28,057 nucleotides of DNA from Acidimicrobiia bacterium (lineage in GTDB: Bacteria; Actinomycetota; Acidimicrobiia; IMCC26256; JANYLB01). The notes under the pieces were generated by a model that was given only the letters and a program-made list of their open reading frames with translations, made no database searches and was not told the DNA's origin. The stretch spans positions 1-28,057 of the forward strand of contig JBBRHS010000001.1 of NCBI GenBank assembly GCA_038222385.1, given 5' to 3'. Made by a program: the position numbers and the translations under genes. Below are positions 25,407 through 28,057 of this stretch, piece by piece. Every line of letters starts with the position of its first letter. Positions within the stretch are counted from its first letter, which is position 1.

Positions 25407-25838
25407 GTGCCGAGCGACCTCCAGTTGAAGCTGATGAACGGCGTGCACCGTGCCCTGCTCGCGGTGAGCTTCGGTCACCTCGGTTGGAACGCGCTCGGCA
25501 TGCCGGTGCTCGAGCTCACGACCACCGGCCGCAAGTCGGGCCAGCCCCGTTCGGTGATGCTCACGTCGCCGTGGCAGGAGGGCGACACCTACGCGATCGT
25601 CGCGTCCCGCGGCGGCGACGACACGCACCCGGCGTGGTTCCACAACCTCGAGGCGAACCCCGACGTCGAGGTGACGATCCGCGGCACGAAGCGGCCCATG
25701 CGTGCCCGCGTCGCCGACGCCGACGAGCGCGCCCGCCTCTGGCCGATCATCACGACCGACCACACGAACTACGCGGGCTACCAGACCAAGACGGATCGCG
25801 AGATCCCCGTGGTCCTGCTCGAACCTCGCCCCGGGTGA
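25407..25838 (+). CDS. F420-dependent nitroreductase/quinone reductase (Ddn-like, FDOR-A)
   Basis: LTTTGRKSGQPR, IVASRGG, HPAWFHNLEANP, YAGYQTKTDREIPVVLL. TAGGGT lies 6 nt before the GTG. Confidence 0.92.
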   Translation: MPSDLQLKLMNGVHRALLAVSFGHLGWNALGMPVLELTTTGRKSGQPRSVMLTSPWQEGDTYAIVASRGGDDTHPAWFHNLEANPDVEVTIRGTKRPMRARVADADERARLWPIITTDHTNYAGYQTKTDREIPVVLLEPRPG

Positions 25839-26686
25839 TGCCGGCGGTCGGTGTCACCGTCTGGGAGCGCCTGTACTTCGGGGTGATCGCACTCGCCGCG
25901 CTGTTCGTCGCCTACCTCGGCTTCTTCGAGCCCGCCGAGATGGACGCCGACTTCACCTGGGCGTTCCTGCCTCCGCTCCACGCCCGCTTCGTCGCATCGC
26001 TCTACCTCTTCGGCGGCGTCTACATGGCGGGGTGCCTGTTCGGCCGCTTCCGCGCGCAGGTGCAACCGGGTCCGATCGCAGTCGTGATCTTCACGACCCT
26101 GCTCCTCGTGATCACCCTCCTGAACCCGGAGGCGTTCGACTACGACCTGGTTCCACCGTGGGTCTGGACGATGTCGTACGTGATCTACCCGATCCTGGGG
26201 ATCATCCTGGCGTGGTGCACGCGCGGCCCAGCCGCCGCGCCCGGCTCGCCACTCGCCCGCTGGGCGCGCACGTTCCTGCTCGTGCAGGCGGCGGTGTTCG
26301 CGGTCGCCGGAGTCGCGCTGCTGACCGCACCGGGTGTGATGGTGGATCTCTGGCCGTGGCCCATCACCGCCGGTCTCGCCCAGTTCTACGGCGGTCCCTT
26401 CATCGCCTACGCATACTGCAGTTGGGCGTACTCGCGCCGAGCGACGTGGACCGAGGTGATCGCCATCGTGCCAGGGATGCTCGCTTTCACCGTTGCGACC
26501 GTGATCGTGTCGGTCGTGCACCGCGAGCTCTTCTCCGCATCCGACCTGTCGACCTGGGTGTGGTTCGTGGTGTTCGGCGGCGCCGCGGTCGCGCTGGCCG
26601 CCATGGTTGTCTCCATGGTCACTGCCGGCAGGTCGGACCGGCACAGCTCGACAGCGACTCCAGCCGCGCCTGCAGTGACGCGGTGA
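25838..26686 (+). CDS. Uncharacterised 8-TM membrane protein with internal duplication
   Basis: ATG overlaps the upstream stop (TGATG). Eight hydrophobic segments; repeated loop motifs FTWAFLPPLHARFVA and LWPWPITAGLAQFYG. 282 aa. Confidence 0.8.
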   Translation: MPAVGVTVWERLYFGVIALAALFVAYLGFFEPAEMDADFTWAFLPPLHARFVASLYLFGGVYMAGCLFGRFRAQVQPGPIAVVIFTTLLLVITLLNPEAFDYDLVPPWVWTMSYVIYPILGIILAWCTRGPAAAPGSPLARWARTFLLVQAAVFAVAGVALLTAPGVMVDLWPWPITAGLAQFYGGPFIAYAYCSWAYSRRATWTEVIAIVPGMLAFTVATVIVSVVHRELFSASDLSTWVWFVVFGGAAVALAAMVVSMVTAGRSDRHSSTATPAAPAVTR

Positions 26687-26718
26687 ACCGGGCCGACCCG
26701 TGGGATCTGGTGTCGACG

Positions 26719-28056
26719 TCAGAGTGCGGCGGAGACGACGATGTTGTTGTCCTCCCGGATCTCGGGAACGACGTCGAGGTAGTCGAGCGACGCGATGAGG
26801 TACCCGCCGGGTGGGGCGAGATCGGGGAGCGCCGTGAACACGCCGACGACCTGCGAGGATCCCGGCCGTAGGGATCGGACCTCCGCGGTCGTGAGGAAGA
26901 CGTCGCCGTCGTCGAGCGTGGCATCGGACGACAGGTAGAACGCGGTCGTCGAACCCAACACGGTCGCCTCGGTACCGGGGTTGAACACGCGGAGGCCACC
27001 GCTGAGGCGACACCGCCCGATGTCGCGGCCGGAGCAGCGAAGATCGGTGCGCAACCACTCGCCCGACAGTCCGGCGCCGCCGGTGTTGATCGTCTCGCAG
27101 TTCAAGAAGATGTCGGCCTCGTCCTTGGGCGAGAGCCGGCTGCCGATGCACACGTCGGTGCCGTCGCCTCCGTCGAGGGTGTCGCGGCCCGGCCCGCCGG
27201 CGATGAGGGTGTCGTTCCCCGCGCCGCCGTTCAGGGTGTCGCTCCCGGCATCGCCGCAGAGGGTGTCGTTGTTGCCGCCGCCGTTGATCGTGTCGTTGCC
27301 GCCGAGGCCGTTGATCACGTCGGCGAACTCGATGCGGGACGGCGGAATCACCGTGACCTGCAGGAACTCACCGTTGATCGTCTCACCGGCCTCGGTCCCG
27401 ATCCGGGTCGCGTTCAGGGCGTTGCAGTTGAACGTGTGGTAGCGGGCGGCGCCGAAGTTCGAGCCGGCCGTCCCGACCACGACGGCCCGACCGTCCTTGG
27501 GCTGCACCGCGATCGCGGCACCGAGGTCGGCCGAAGCGGTTGTGCCGGTGGTGAAGTCGGTGGAGGTGAGCCCGTCCCCGCTGAAGCTCAGGTCGAGCGA
27601 TCCGCTGGCGTTGAGACGGGCGAGGGCGAAGTCGGTTGTGAAGTTCGCTGCGTTGACGGTCCCGGCGACGAGGAGCTTGCCGTCGGGTTGGACGGTCACA
27701 CCCGTGGCCCGGGAGTTGGGGCCGAAGCTGATGTTGCGGATTCCGTCGGCCGAGAACGTGGTGTCGAGGGAACCGTTGCTGTTGTAGCGAGCCACAGCCA
27801 TGGCGCGCGGACCGTTCGCAGGCTGTACCGAGATCTGCTCTCCGGCCATGACGACCTTGCCGTCGGGCTGGACAGCCAGCGCCTGCGCGTTCGCCGAGAT
27901 GCCACCGCCGAACGACGTGCCGGTCGCCCCGTTCGTCTGACCGAGGCCGACGTTGGTGGGTTCACCCGCCGAGTTGAGGCGCTCGTATGCGAACAGCGCT
28001 CCGCTCGTCCCACCGATGATGATGTCGCCACTCGGGACGATTGCCATCGCCGCCAG
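26719..28056 (-). CDS. Large secreted protein, 5'-truncated: delta-60 repeats, hemolysin-type Ca-binding (RTX) repeats and a CARDB-like C-terminal domain
   Basis: Repeats AVQPDGK...ARYNSNGSLDTTF and VQPDGKLLVAG...ARLNASGSLDLSF; GGNDTINGG/GAGNDTL nonapeptides; FYLSSDATLD...EIREDNN. The frame is open to the window edge. Confidence 0.85.
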   Translation of the reverse strand: MAAMAIVPSGDIIIGGTSGALFAYERLNSAGEPTNVGLGQTNGATGTSFGGGISANAQALAVQPDGKVVMAGEQISVQPANGPRAMAVARYNSNGSLDTTFSADGIRNISFGPNSRATGVTVQPDGKLLVAGTVNAANFTTDFALARLNASGSLDLSFSGDGLTSTDFTTGTTASADLGAAIAVQPKDGRAVVVGTAGSNFGAARYHTFNCNALNATRIGTEAGETINGEFLQVTVIPPSRIEFADVINGLGGNDTINGGGNNDTLCGDAGSDTLNGGAGNDTLIAGGPGRDTLDGGDGTDVCIGSRLSPKDEADIFLNCETINTGGAGLSGEWLRTDLRCSGRDIGRCRLSGGLRVFNPGTEATVLGSTTAFYLSSDATLDDGDVFLTTAEVRSLRPGSSQVVGVFTALPDLAPPGGYLIASLDYLDVVPEIREDNNIVVSAAL

Positions 28057-28057
28057 A

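Noticed and set aside
73-28031. Many long Arg/Pro/Gly-rich alternative-frame ORFs in the track (e.g. 2568-4298, 7907-9892, 16997-19285, 10161-11930)
   Set aside because: Off-frame or antisense shadows of well-supported genes; their composition reflects GC bias.

Overview
A high-GC actinobacterial window (gene content and style suggest Acidimicrobiia; this is inference). Left part: a 5'-truncated aldehyde dehydrogenase, a MarR regulator coupled to a fused Rv0194-like ABC exporter, an unannotated 32-aa membrane microprotein, a four-gene minus-strand operon (luciferase-like monooxygenase, two double-hotdog thioesterases, a DapB/Ord-like dehydrogenase) and an HSL-family esterase. The operon promoter carries a perfect KstR-type box and is bracketed by a 13-bp inverted repeat. 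Centre: a near-complete classical menaquinone cluster (menG, menF, menD, menH, menC, menA, menB, menE; no menI) led by a tandem-HTH MerR-family gene. A 27-bp element (24/27 identical, 14-bp palindromic core) occurs both at the MerR-menG-menF promoter and in the divergent menB/menE promoter, suggesting a dedicated MerR-type regulon for menaquinone synthesis. An adenylate cyclase-STAND ATPase-helical repeat gene sits between menF and menD, flanked by a 51-bp direct repeat that duplicates the menD 3' end. menH is inverted between menC and menD. Right part: a shikimate-kinase-like gene, a lipoprotein esterase, a small helical hypothetical protein, an F420-dependent Ddn-like reductase coupled to an 8-TM protein, and the 3' part of a secreted delta-60/RTX/CARDB-like protein. 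No rRNA, tRNA, CRISPR array, transposase or integrase was seen. All calls come from reading motifs by eye; no database searches were run.
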